The notes: generated by a model not told the origin, from the letters alone. DNA of 62,987 bases, filler included, from Octopus bimaculoides (GCF_001194135.2; 8 parts of 8 records of this genome joined end to end with filler, not necessarily neighbours in it); one strand, 5' to 3'. Shown: positions 13,687 through 27,870, counted from the whole stretch's first letter. Made by a program: numbers and translations.

Positions 13687-14312
13687 AATTCCTCTATTTG
13701 CATAATATCGAGGTCTCTTTCTTTCTTTTGTTGTCCTTCNNNNNNNNNNNNNNNNNNNNNNNNNNNNNNNNNNNNNNNNNNNNNNNNNNNNNNNNNNNNN
13801 NNNNNNNNNNNNNNNNNNNNNNNNNNNNNNNNNNNNNNNNNNNNNNNNNNNNNNNNNNNNNNNNNNNNNNNNNNNNNNNNNNNNNNNNNNNNNNNNNNNN
13901 NNNNNNNNNNNNNNNNNNNNNNNNNNNNNNNNNNNNNNNNNNNNNNNNNNNNNNNNNNNNNNNNNNNNNNNNNNNNNNNNNNNNNNNNNNNNNNNNNNNN
14001 NNNNNNNNNNNNNNNNNNNNNNNNNNNNNNNNNNNNNNNNNNNNNNNNNNNNNNNNNNNNNNNNNNNNNNNNNNNNNNNNNNNNNNNNNNNNNNNNNNNN
14101 NNNNNNNNNNNNNNNNNNNNNNNNNNNNNNNNNNNNNNNNNNNNNNNNNNNNNNNNNNNNNNNNNNNNNNNNNNNNNNNNNNNNNNNNNNNNNNNNNNNN
14201 NNNNNNNNNNNNNNNNNNNNNNNNNNNNNNNNNNNNNNNNNNNNNNNNNNNNNNNNNNNNNNNNNNNNNNNNNNNNNNNNNNNNNNNNNNNNNNNNNNNN
14301 NNNNNNNNNNNN

Positions 14313-14380
<68 letters not shown>

Positions 14381-15489
14381 CGCTGGAACTGCCAGATCAC
14401 GCAATTTCAACGTGCCTCTTCTCTTCAGTAGCAGAGATCCAGAAACCACATACCAGCCAAATCTCATGCCAGTGATACATAGAATTTCAGATTTTATGCG
14501 CCATACGTCCATATGAGAGGTCCTCTCAAAGTAAATAACACAATATTCGGCGGTCTAGCAATACATCCATATTAAGTTCGGTATAAAGATTTCTCTTTGC
14601 TATTAATACTATTTCTGTCGCTAATAATTTGTTTTAAATAAGTCTGCTGGCTATTTGCAATTACAGTGCCTTAAAAGACATTGAATTTCCATATATCGCT
14701 GGTAGTGAGATTTGGCTGGTGTGTGGCTACAAGACGTCTTCCACTGAAGAGACAGAGCACGTCGAAATAACGGAATGTGGCAGTTCCGGCACCCGTAGCA
14801 GAAAATTCTCGTATGAGAGGTCATCTCAAAATAAATAACGTAATATTCGACACTCTAACTTGTTTATTATATATATTTACCGATACGGAAAGAATGAAAT
14901 GGGAAGTTGAACTTCGTAGGATTTGAACCCATATCGCGGCGAATCCGAGCGGATCAAATACCGTGAACCATTTTATTCCAACAACCCTCCCAATTTGCAT
15001 ACCGAAGATACACTGCGTGTACATTGCAGATAACTAACCTCCCATCAGATAGTATGTTATCAATGATGCCCCATTTCACTAAACTAAGCCACGTAAAATT
15101 TAATTTAATGCCTTACTAAGGAATGGAACACATCAATTATTGCCAATTATCTCGAACAACCCCCTAAAATGGAAATGTACCCAGTATTCTAGAAGTCACA
15201 AAAATCTTTAGCATTCAACCTACAATGAAATAACGAGAAATGATTCGAGAACGGTTTTTCAATGAAATATTTTCGCTGAACTTTCCATTAAATATTTTCA
15301 TACTTTCCACGTTTAGATATATAACCAACAAACATTATTATATTCATTCTAAGAGAGGGAGAAAAAAAAATAATAGTAATATATGAAAGGGGCAATAAGA
15401 ATAATAAAAGAGGAAAATATTTAAAGATCAGAGCATTTACGAAAGAAAAATGCATTGGAAATACATACATACGTACATACATACATACA

Positions 15490-15522
<33 letters not shown>

Positions 15523-16670
15523 GTGAACGTGTGTGTGTATGTGTATAAATGTATTTATATGTTATGTATACACATATACACTCTGTATTTCCAATGCATT
15601 TTTCTAATACATACATACAAACATACATACATACAAACATATATATATATATATATATATATANNNNNNNNNNNNNNNNNNNNNNNNNNNNNNNNNNNNN
15701 NNNNNNNNNNNNNNNNNNNNNNNNNNNNNNNNNNNNNNNNNNNNNNNNNNNNNNNNNNNNNNNNNNNNNNNNNNNNNNNNNNNNNNNNNNNNNNNNNNNN
15801 NNNNNNNNNNNNNNNNNNNNNNNNNNNNNNNNNNNNNNNNNNNNNNNNNNNNNNNNNNNNNNNNNNNNNNNNNNNNNNNNNNNNNNNNNNNNNNNNNNNN
15901 NNNNNNNNNNNNNNNNNNNNNNNNNNNNNNNNNNNNNNNNNNNNNNNNNNNNNNNNNNNNNNNNNNNNNNNNNNNNNNNNNNNNNNNNNNNNNNNNNNNN
16001 NNNNNNNNNNNNNNNNNNNNNNNNNNNNNNNNNNNNNNNNNNNNNNNNNNNNNNNNNNNNNNNNNNNNNNNNNNNNNNNNNNNNNNNNNNNNNNNNNNNN
16101 NNNNNNNNNNNNNNNNNNNNNNNNNNNNNNNNNNNNNNNNNNNNNNNNNNNNNNNNNNNNNNNNNNNNNNNNNNNNNNNNNNNNNNNNNNNNNNNNNNNN
16201 NNNNNNNNNNNNNNNNNNNNNNNNNNNNNNNNNNNNNNNNNNNNNNNNNNNNNNNNNNNNNNNNNNNNNNNNNNNNNNNNNNNNNNNNNNNNNNNNNNNN
16301 NNNNNNNNNNNNNNNNNNNNNNNNNNNNNNNNNNNNNNNNNNNNNNNNNNNNNNNNNNNNNNNNNNNNNNNNNNNNNNNNNNNNNNNNNNNNNNNNNNNN
16401 NNNNNNNNNNNNNNNNNNNNNNNNNNNNNNNNNNNNNNNNNNNNNNNNNNNNNNNNNNNNNNNNNNNNNNNNNNNNNNNNNNNNNNNNNNNNNNNNNNNN
16501 NNNNNNNNNNNNNNNNNNNNNNNNNNNNNNNNNNNNNNNNNNNNNNNNNNNNNNNNNNNNNNNNNNNNNNNNNNNNNNNNNNNNNNNNNNNNNNNNNNNN
16601 NNNNNNNNNNNNNNNNNNNNNNNNTCTCTCTATCTCACTCTCTCTCTCTCTCTCTCTCCCTCTCTCTATC

Positions 16671-16704
<34 letters not shown>

Positions 16705-16804
16705 GACCGTATGTTATAAATATCAATCTGTATTTCTGACTTTCTCTATCCATCTATCTATCTGTCTATCTATCTATCTATCTATCTATCTATCNNNNNN
16801 NNNN

Positions 16805-16847
<43 letters not shown>

Positions 16848-16929
16848 ACTGTGCGCGTGCGTGTATGTGTTCGTGTGTGTGTGTGTACTTGTGTGTGTGC
16901 GCGTACGTATGTACGTGTGTATTTTACTC

Positions 16930-17700
16930 CTTCGCTCGCAATCTACCTCTTCATCAATCTGCTCCATCTTTTTCTCCCCATGCCACTCTCCCTCTCTTTC
17001 CCTCTCATTTTCCTACTAATTACTCTGCCTCTTTCCATTGTTTTCTTTTCCTTCTCCATAAACTCCATACTCCCTCTCTCAACCCCGCTTATTCTATTTA
17101 CTTTTCATATTAAGCTCTCGCCTTCCCTTTTCCCTATTTTCCTCTTTCTCTCTTTCTCTCTCTCTCTCTCTCTACGTCATACACTCTCTCTTTCTCTTAG
17201 TCTATATACCTACATCCTCCACAGCTTTGTCCCCTCTCCAAACATTCTCCCTCTCTCTCTAGATCTCTTTCAATCTATCACAACTGCACGTAATTCCCCT
17301 CCCTTATATCTAACCTATCACTCATCTCTCCTTCGCACACTCTGCCTTTCTTTCAGTTTCCCACAACCTCCATCTACTTCCTCTGTGACACTCCACCCGC
17401 CTTTTTGCCTAATTTACCCCCCCCCCTACTTATATGCCACCTACCCTCTCTTTCTTTTCTCCCTTTTTCTTTCTCTCTCTTTTTCCCCTCTCTTACTCTT
17501 TTTCACTCTCACTCTTTCTCCTTCACTCTGTCTCAATCTACCACTCCCACCACTCATTCTCTTCCTTTTGTTTTACTTATCCCTTTGTATCAATCTCCCA
17601 CTCGATCCATCCATCCATCCATCCATCCCAGCCGCGGTACCTTCCTCCTACCTTCTCTTTCCTCTCACCTCTGACTATCCCCCACCTCCACCTGCGCAGC
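16930..17700. repeat. Pyrimidine-rich (CT) low-complexity tract
   Basis: Strong C/T strand bias over about 770 bp. Confidence 0.85.
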
Positions 17701-18326
17701 TCTCCAACAATAAATATAAAGCTTTGGGAGAGATTTGATGAAGCAGACGATAGCAAAAGTATAATGAAAGACCATGTGAACGCACGCGCACGTTGTGTGT
17801 GTGGCTATATGTGACAACGCGCGCGTGTGTATGAATGCATGCGTGAGTGTGTGAGCGCGTGCGCGTATGTCAGTGCGTGTCTAAGACCATGTGAATGTGA
17901 GTGTGTGTATATGTATGTATGTGTGTGTGGTTGTGTGTGCTCGTGCGAGTGTGTGTGTACGAATATACGTATGTATACACACACACATGTATAATACACA
18001 TCCATACATTTGCTTGCTAATTCTCATTTATATGCATACATGTTTAAATGAGTATGAATGCGTTTGTGTACGAAAGCAAAGGCGGTGTCTAACAGTCTGT
18101 GGTTGCGTGTATATATATGCATATATGCAACCACACGTGTGTGTGTGTGTGTGTGCGTGCGTGTGTGTGTTTGTGTGTGTGTGTGTGTGTGTGAGCGTGT
18201 ACGTGTATGCGTGTGTTTGTGTGTATGTTTGCATTCACATCCATAAACATAAACACAAATATGAATAAACATACGAACGCAAACGCGCGCACACAAACAC
18301 AAAAGAAGATAAACACACGAGCCTGC

Positions 18327-18358
<32 letters not shown>

Positions 18359-18756
18359 ACACACATACGCACATCCACACATACACATACAAACACACAC
18401 ACGCATATATGTGTATGTGTGCAGATACCCTTTGCCTTTCATCCTTTTGGGGTCGATAAAATAATTATCAGGGTTGATGTAATAGGCTAAAACCCTTGAA
18501 GGCGGTGCACCAGCATGGCCACAGTCCAATGACTGAAACCTTAAAGAGAATAAACGAACAAAGAATAAAAGAATATGCGTATTTACAAACATGTGCATTC
18601 ACATGTTTGTATTTCCATGCCGTTTTATTTGTTTGTTTATGTATATAACGCTTTATTAGTGTGTTCACGTATGTAAATATATGTGAGGTAAATATATGCG
18701 TGTGAATGCATGTTTGTATGGATTTATCAATGTATGTGTATATGCAATGTGATGTG

Positions 18757-18792
<36 letters not shown>

Positions 18793-18931
18793 AATCCTGC
18801 ATGTTTATGCGCATGTATGGGTGTTCATGAGAGTTTGTATACAAGTACAGACGTGCTAACATGTATGCGTTAGTTTGTGATCGTGCGTGTATTATGAGTG
18901 TTTGTATGTGTACGTGTTTCTGCGTGTATAT

Positions 18932-18964
<33 letters not shown>

Positions 18965-19047
18965 CTGATTGACTGATGCATAGAGAAAGAAAGAAAGAAA
19001 GAAAGAAAGAATGAATGGATGAAGAAAAACGAAAGTACCTATGTATG

Positions 19048-19094
<47 letters not shown>

Positions 19095-19356
19095 GTACGT
19101 TTGTATGTATGTATGTATGTATGTATGTATGTATGTAGGTAGGTAGGTAGGTAGGTATGTATATATTCATGTTCACACGTTCGTATATATGTATATTTAC
19201 CTATGTAATTTTGTTGCGCAGAGGTGTATATCCATGTAAATATGCATCGACATATGTGTGCGTGTGTATATATTTTTTCTACGTATATGTGTAGACGTGA
19301 ATGAACAGAAGTATATAAAAAGCAAGTGTTACGCTTACCTAAGTACCCTTTGTACG

Positions 19357-19387
<31 letters not shown>

Positions 19388-20879
19388 CGACACACACAAA
19401 CACACACACACTCACACGCAGATACATTTATAATACATCAGTGGGTATAGTATATGTATGAATATATATTTGAAATGTTTGGATGTGTTCATATACATGC
19501 ATGTATGAACGTGTGTGCATGCGTGTGCATGAGCGTGTGTGAGCGCGTGTGTATGTGTATGTGTGTATGTGTGTGTGTGTTAGTATGTGTGTGTGCATGT
19601 TTGCATGTGTAATATGAAATACTTTTCAAGACAACTCAAAGTTATCTCGATGCGAATATCAATATGTATTGTAAAGGACAGAGTGCACAACATTTAAAGA
19701 TATTATGCAACAGCATATATATGCGTGTACATATATATATATATANNNNNNNNNNNNNNNNNNNNNNNNNNNNNNNNNNNNNNNNNNNNNNNNNNNNNNN
19801 NNNNNNNNNNNNNNNNNNNNNNNNNNNNNNNNNNNNNNNNNNNNNNNNNNNNNNNNNNNNNNNNNNNNNNNNNNNNNNNNNNNNNNNNNNNNNNNNNNNN
19901 NNNNNNNNNNNNNNNNNNNNNNNNNNNNNNNNNNNNNNNNNNNNNNNNNNNNNNNNNNNNNNNNNNNNNNNNNNNNNNNNNNNNNNNNNNNNNNNNNNNN
20001 NNNNNNNNNNNNNTATATATATATAATTTTATTCTTTTCTTTGTTCCAGTCATATGTATGTATTTATATTTATTTATTTATATATATAAACAGTCAAACA
20101 TTAATTTCTTTGTGATATATATGTTTGTACACATACACACATACATACACACAAGCACAAGCAGACACACACACATATATATGAATATATATGTGAATAT
20201 ATATATATGTAAATAAGTATACATGTCTACGTGCTTGTGTATGTATGTATGTACGTACGTATGTACGTAAGTGTATGTGTGTATATGTATGTGTGTGGGT
20301 ACGTATGTATGTCGGGAACATGCCCTTTGGGGTAAACAAGCAAAGCAATGCCTTTGGGACATTATGTTTTATGTGAATATATAGAATAATCATAATGAAT
20401 ATTTTTGTGAGAACAAGAGAGGGAAACAGAGAGAGAGAGAGAGAGAGAGAGTGCGTGTGTGTGTGTGTATGTGTGTGTGTGTGTGTATGTGTGTGTGTAC
20501 GTTGGGTATGTGTATGTATATGCATGCAAATGAGACTGTGCGTGTCTGTATGCATATGTATGTAAATGCAAATATATGAAAATGCAAATTCGCGTATGTT
20601 GCTTTATTTTCTATCGCAATTAATGAACTATGACATATAACGTCGGGTACAAATTTATAACGGGCCGGTAAATGGTTCACTGTACTTCAGGCGACGGGAA
20701 TGACGACGAAGTTTTATGTAACTCGGTACAAAACTAGTATCGTAGAGGACTTCATCATACAAAGCATACAGGTGTTTTATTTTGCTTGCCGATGTTTATG
20801 CACTTCGTTGAGATACATAAATGAAAGATGTACACATCGTATCAAAACAAAAGAATCAGAAATCCTTCCTAAGACATAG

Positions 20880-21084
20880 GGTCATAAGGTCAATATCCTG
20901 GATTCTGTGGTATATATCCCCCCCCCCCACTGAATAGGACGCTGATCTGTCGCAGGATTAATCATTTTGTCAGCTACATGAAAGGAAGTGTTTTGCTCAA
21001 AAACACAACGCATCGCCTGATCAGGAATCGAAACCACAATCTTATGATTATGAGTGCAACACCCTAACCATTAAGCCACGCGCG
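20880..21084 (-). mobile_element. tRNA-derived SINE family F
   Basis: Reverse complement gcgcgtggcttaatggttaggg..ggtttcgattcc..gttgtgtttttgagcaaaacactt (A/B-box-like). Confidence 0.7.
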
Positions 21085-21100
21085 CCCACCCCACATCATA

Positions 21101-21156
<56 letters not shown>

Positions 21157-22052
21157 ATTAATACACACATACGTGTGTATATATATATACATATGTACGT
21201 AATATACAGATATATACATACATGCATGCATACAGAAAATTAAACTGACTAACATTCATCGTCGAGGAAAACGTCAAGTTTTTCGACAATGCAACTGACG
21301 AAACTCAGAATGAGATCGAAGCAGCGCAGTGTCTAAAAGTCCCACCAATCACATGCTTCATGAATACCTCGTCTAAAGAGAGGACATGTTCTCTCATAAC
21401 GAGTAGCGGTAAGATCTGCCAAAATGTATTAAGAACAAACAGATAATTATAATTCAAATCCAATCCATTACACACACACACACACACAAGAATTGAAGGT
21501 TGAGCAATATCTCACTCTCATACATATATGTTTAAATGCATTGAAACTTCATTAACTCTAACTGCTTTCGTTTACATGCTTTTTGAAAATAAACACGTAA
21601 AAATTAATATATGAGTATCCTAATCGGAAACCGTTGTAAAATACATACCGTTTCGCTTTTTAAGTGTATCTATTACAAGAGTTGTAAGTTTTGCTCGTCA
21701 GTACATCTTGTGATAATAATCACTATGCCCCATTGATTATATATATAAATATATATACGAGTATACATATATAGCTGAAATTTACAGAAAAACAAAAGAC
21801 GAAGACAGCGGTATAAACAACAAGTAGGTGTATTTGTTTCGCGCTCGGGAAAATGAGGAAGTCTTTAACGTTTCGAGCCTACGTTCTTCAACAGAAAGGA
21901 ATAAGAAAAAATAAACAGAGAGAATGAAAAAGAAACTTGTGAATTTAGCGGTCATATGTATGTGTCTCAAAACAAGATGCATAATAAACTGTTCTCTATT
22001 ATTTAATGTACACGTGTTTAGATTTTTTCTGACTTACGAAAATTTGTTGGAC

Positions 22053-22092
<40 letters not shown>

Positions 22093-22506
22093 NNNNNNNN
22101 NNNNNNNNNNNNNNNNNNNNNNNNNNNNNNNNNNNNNNNNNNNNNNNNNNNNNNNNNNNNNNNNNNNNNNNNNNNNNNNNNNNNNNNNNNNNNNNNNNNN
22201 NNNNNNNNNNNNNNNNNNNNNNNNNNNNNNNNNNNNNNNNNNNNNNNNNNNNNNNNNNNNNNNNNNNNNNNNNNNNNNNNNNNNNNNNNNNNNNNNNNNN
22301 NNNNNNNNNNNNNNNNNNNNNNNNNNNNNNNNNNNNNNNNNNNNNNNNNNNNNNNNNNNNNNNNNNNNNNNNNNNNNNNNNNNNNNNNNNNNNNNNNNNN
22401 NNNNNNNNNNNNNNNNNNNNNNNNNNNNNNNNNNNNNNNNNNNNNNNNNNNNNNNNNTCTATCTATCTATCTATCTATCTATTTATCTATCTATCTATAC
22501 ATACAT

Positions 22507-22573
<67 letters not shown>

Positions 22574-23016
22574 CATACACACATGCATACATACATACAT
22601 GTTGAAAGTTGAATGAACTAAATGTAGTTTTAAACATAGCCTATCTGTTTAACTGATAACCTTGCGCATTGAAATAGAACACAACCTGATATAGGAAATA
22701 AATAATAAATATATGAAAACTTCTTTAATAATTCAGTGGTGGGAGGGGGCGACTTGGAGGCTGGATGTATGTCAATGATTGCAGGGTCTGTTGACAACTT
22801 CATAATACTCTCTTATGAAAAGATTTGACTGACATATACTGTACTTTGAACGAGGAACCCAGAATGTCCCTATATCTTTTATCTGCCAGCAGATCAGATG
22901 AGAACTCGGACAAATTAAAATAAATAAATGAACTTCGGTGCCCTAGTATGACCACAGCTTTCAGACTGAAACGTATAAAAGAATAAAAGAATATATACAT
23001 ATAGTATGTAAGCGCG

Positions 23017-23411
23017 AGAGCGGCTGTGTGGTAAGTAGCTTGCTGAACAACCACATGGTTCAGGGTTCATTCCAACTGCGTGGCACCTTGGGAAAGTGTC
23101 TTCTGCTATAGTCTCGGGCCGACCAAAGTCTTGTGAGTGGATTTGGTAGACGGAAACTGAAAGAAGCCCGTCGTATATATGTATATATATACGTATGTGT
23201 GCGTATATGTTTGTGTGTCTGTGTTTGTCCCCCCTAACATCGCTTGACAACCGATGGTAATGTGTTTACGTCCCCGTAACTTAGCGGTTTGGCAAAAGGG
23301 ATCGATAGAATAAGTACTAGGCTTACAAAGAATAAGTCCTGGGGTCGATATGCTCGACTAAAGGCGTTGCTCCAGCATGGCCTCAGTCAAATGACTGAAA
23401 CAAGAATAAAA

Positions 23412-23420
<9 letters not shown>
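23017..23420 (+). mobile_element. Full-length SINE family B
   Basis: Complete head, microsatellite, core and tail. Confidence 0.9.
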
Positions 23421-23449
<29 letters not shown>

Positions 23450-23639
23450 CTCTTCGAAACGCTTAGTTTAGAATAGGGGCAGCTGATGAAGTAAATATTC
23501 TGTATATGGCCTGTTTGTTTTCTGTGCTCTATGTTCTGTTTTTCATTTTGTCCACGTTTTATTGTGACGTCCTGTACCCAGATATGCATCGATATATAAA
23601 TGTAGATGTAGGTATGTACATACATGTATGTATATATGC

Positions 23640-24255
23640 ATGACCAAAATCCAAGGCCTCTGCCTGGGATATAGCCAGCCCACTTACGCGTAACATTCCT
23701 TCATTGGACACTAAACTCCGCTTGCGAAGACATGGTGAGGCAAGTGAAATCGAAATGGAACTAAATTTGTAGGAACACTAAACTCGGCTTGCGAAGACTT
23801 GTTGGGGCAAACGAAATCATGTTGGCACCTGTACCAGTGGAGCACTAAGAGCACCGTCCGAGCGCGATCGTTGGCAGAGCAGCTGTCTGGCTTCTGTGCC
23901 GGTGGCACGTAAATAGCACCAGCGTGGCACGTGGCACGTGAAAAGACGTTCGAGCGAGACCGTTGCCAGTGCCGATGGACTGGCCCCTATGCAGGTGACA
24001 CGTAAAAGACACCATTTCGAGCGTGGCCGTCGCTAGTACCACCTGACTGGCCCTCGTGCCGGTGGCACGTAAAAGCACCCACTACACTCTCGGAGTGGTT
24101 GGCGTTAGGAAGGGCATCCAGCTGTAGAAACTCTGCCAAATCAGATTGGAGCCTGGTGTCGCCTCCTGGTCCACCAGTCCTCAGTCAAATCGTCCAACCC
24201 ATGCTAGCATGGAAAACGGACGTTAAACGACGATGATGATGATGATGATGATGAT
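23640..24255 (+). mobile_element. SINE family D with RTE-like 3' tail and tandemly amplified core
   Basis: Repeated gtgccggtggcacgtaaaagcacc units; tggttggcgttaggaagggcatccagctgtag..ggacgttaaacga(tga)n tail. Confidence 0.75.
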
Positions 24256-24378
24256 ATGAGATATTGGTCTGCGGTGTCAGTATGAGGAGACGACACTTCA
24301 TTCAGCCTAGCCTCTTTATTAATGTCAAGAGGAAATGCTGTGTGGGTGAGTGACGTTGTGTACCAATACCGAAAAATG

Positions 24379-24445
<67 letters not shown>

Positions 24446-24461
24446 ATAGGCATTTCTTCGG

Positions 24462-24515
<54 letters not shown>

Positions 24516-24861
24516 GTTGTACATGTTTAGCAATTTATTAGATTAGAGATCATGTGTTTGTAACAGAAACAATGACATTATGGAAGAGTCAAATTATTTC
24601 GTAATGTGTCGACGACCTGGTCACCGACAGGATTATTTTGTTGCAGCTGTGTCAGTAACCTCTAATTGGTGTCACTGACATGCTTTCTAGCGTCGCTAGT
24701 CCAGATTAAGGTCAAGTGATGACCCGTACACAGCCCAAACACGATTTTCTCCCTCATACCTTCCGTTGTTTATAAAATTTTGTGACATAAAAGTGCTTAT
24801 GTGAAATAATAGCCCTACCCAAAGAAAATTCGATTATTTTCCAGACCAAACTCTACTTTTA

Positions 24862-25103
24862 TGGTGGCTGTGTGGTAAGTAGCTTGCTTACCAACCACAT
24901 GGTTCCGGGTTCAGTCCCACTGTGTGGCATCTTGGGCAAGTGTCTTCTACTATAGCCTAGGGCCGACCAAAGCCTTATGAGTGGATCTGGTAGACGGAAA
25001 CTGAAAGAAGCTCGTCGTATATATGTAGATATATATATGTGTGTGTGTTTGTGTGTTTGTGTGTCTGTGTTTGTCCCCCTAGCATTGCTTGACAACCGAT
25101 GCT
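24862..25103 (+). mobile_element. SINE family B, cut by a linker
   Basis: B head and body. Confidence 0.85.
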
Positions 25104-25203
25104 NNNNNNNNNNNNNNNNNNNNNNNNNNNNNNNNNNNNNNNNNNNNTTAATTAATTAANNNNNNNNNNNNNNNNNNNNNNNNNNNNNNNNNNNNNNNNN
25201 NNN
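25104..25203. other. Assembly linker N44-TTAATTAATTAA-N44 (also 27889-27988, 38703-38802, 50783-50882, 55569-55668, 58124-58223, 61762-61861)
   Basis: Identical 100-bp pattern seven times; the palindromic 12-mer has stops in all six frames. Confidence 0.95.
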
Positions 25204-25348
25204 ATTATTATTATCATCATTATCATTATTATCATTATTATTATTATTATTATTATTGTTATTATCATTATTATTATTATTATCATTATTATTATCATTA
25301 TTATCATTATTATCATTATTATTATTATTATTATTATTATCATTATTA

Positions 25349-25410
<62 letters not shown>

Positions 25411-26291
25411 TAAAAGGATTCATTCCTATTTTATTATTTTTAAAAGAGAAACGACTATTTTCTTAATTTAAATTTTGAAGCAATAAAGACAATCGTAAAG
25501 ATAATAATGATACAGAAATGATAATATCTTATGACATAACAACTGTAAAGACTTAATACATTATAATGGCGCTAGAAATGCTGAATGCATTTAAAGAATA
25601 TTTGAAATATATTTACTGTATGTGTACCTCTCGTTCTCTGATTCTCTCTTACTCTTTTTCTCTCCCTCTCAATATATACATATACATATGTACATATATA
25701 TAAATTGCTGACGTCAGCGTTCCATAAAAGATTACTCATACACACACTCAAACATACAAATATAGAAACCAGCACTTTCTCTATTGGCAAGAAATCTATC
25801 TATATACAAGAAAGTTTGTGTGTATGTGTATGTGTGTGTGTGTGTCTGTATGCATATGTTCCTTATGCCGATTTTGGCATATAGAGTATCAAAAAATTCA
25901 GCAATCTTTCGGTTACCAAATAAACTTTATTTTCATTTACATATTTTCTACGTTATCTCAACAACCAGCTAAAGCTATTTGAAAGACACTGCTCTACAAC
26001 GACCAGGTTTCATTAGAAAGTGAAAATAGGTTCACACTTTCAATTTCAACCAAAGTTACAAAGTGTTGCATTACGAGAGGGACGATGTGGGAATAATGAA
26101 AGTAATGTTTTCCGAATTATTCACTCCTTAAAAGACATCCATTTCTCTATATGTTATGAGGTAATACAGTCACTCACTCTCTTTCTCACATGCACACAAA
26201 CACACACACTCTTTCTCTCCTTACTGGCAGACAGCCACTTCTCCACTATCAACTAGTAACCAGCGAGCGAACTTGTCACCGCCACTATAAT

Positions 26292-26760
26292 TACCGTATT
26301 TTCCGGTGTATAAGCCGCTATTTTTTATCTGGAAAATTTAGAGTGTGGCTTATAAAAAGTGCGCCTAATACGTGTACCTTTTTATAAGTTTCAGGATGAA
26401 AATAGTTTGTGTATGGAGATCGACTGATTCCACTGATTTTTTCAGAGGAAAGATCGGTACATTGGTGTCTGGAAGAGAACAAAGTATATTTGTTTTGTTT
26501 GACCTTCATGCTTTCATAATGTTATATTTAATCTAATAATGTCTTCTGTATCGCTTTTTATTCATGTATTGTTTCTTTGTTCTCTGTCCAATATTCTTTG
26601 CAACTGTTGCAGATGCCTCCGTCTGGGAACCAGTCTTAGGGAACTTCTGCATCTGTTTTCCGTTCGTCTGTGCATTTAATATATGTTATTTCAACTTGCC
26701 ATTCTGTGTCTGTTGTTCGTTTGTGCATTTTACTATACATTTTTTCACTTATTAAGTAAC
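26292..26760. mobile_element. pogo/Tigger-like DNA transposon end
   Basis: TA|CCGTATTTTCCGGTGTATAAG terminal motif; decayed internal sequence. Confidence 0.45.
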
Positions 26761-27379
26761 GGAACGCAACTCAACCTGTTTTTTATTCACAATAAGCGCT
26801 TTCTCTCTCTCTCTCTCTCTCTCTCACTCTCTCTCTCTCTCTCTCTCACTCTCTCTCACTCTCTCTCTGTATATATATATATATATATGAACAATATTGG
26901 AGGGTTGATATATGTAGCATTTTACTTTGTATTTAGATCTGTACAAGTGGGCATGTGTAGATAGGAAGAAGAAAAGAGAGAGAAAGGAAATCAATAATAT
27001 AAGAGAAGTGAAAGAAAATGAATTTTGTTTTGGTTTCAGTGTTTATGCGCTGTGAGAGGAGGGGGCGTTGGATGTTTGATTTAACCTCGACCCCGGCCGG
27101 GTGCTACATTAATGATTTTACAAGCTGTAAGGAGAAGGGAGTAAGTTTTTGTTTAGATGTTATCAGTTCGTGATTTCTGCTCAGGCGCCGGTGGAGGAAT
27201 CGGATTACCTTGTTTATCATTAAGCATTTCACATGGGCCCCTGCTGTTCTGTCAATGTTGTTGTTTAAGTGGGTATGCCATTTGCTGGTGATACTACTAT
27301 ACGTTCTTTGATGATTTTTTTCCGTATAGTCAGCATATTCGTCTAGTATTGTCTTCCTTGATTGTTCAATTATGAAAAT

Positions 27380-27870
27380 AATCTTTTCTACAGTAGGCAC
27401 AAGGCCTGAAATTTACGGGGAGGGTCCATGGAGAATTAATCGACTCCAGTGTTCAATTCGTACTTATTTTATCGATCAGGCAAGGATGAAAGGTAAATTC
27501 GACCTCAGCGGAATTTGTATTCAGAACGTATGGACAGACGAAATGCCGCTAAGCATTTTGCCCGGCGTGCTAATAATAAGCATTTACAGTATTCTATACA
27601 CGGTTTATATTGGGGGGGCCTTGTTATTACGGTCCTCTTCGGTAACACACACACACACATACACACACACATTCTTTTATTCTTTTACTTGTTTCAGTCA
27701 TTTGACTGCAGCCATGCTGGAGAACCACCTTTAGTCGAACGAATCGACCGACCCCAAGACTTACTCTTTGTAAGCCTAGTACTTATTCTATCGGATCTCT
27801 TTTGTCGAACCACTAGGTTACAGGGACGTAAACACACGACCATCGGTTTTCAAACGATGGTGGAGACAAA
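27380..27870 (-). mobile_element. SINE A (27380-27570) and SINE B tail (27675-27870)
   Basis: Match to the other copies in the window. Confidence 0.8.

Noticed and set aside
23880-24085. CRISPR-like spaced repeats
   Set aside because: Eukaryotic context; the spacers are homologous to each other; the array is part of a SINE; no cas genes.
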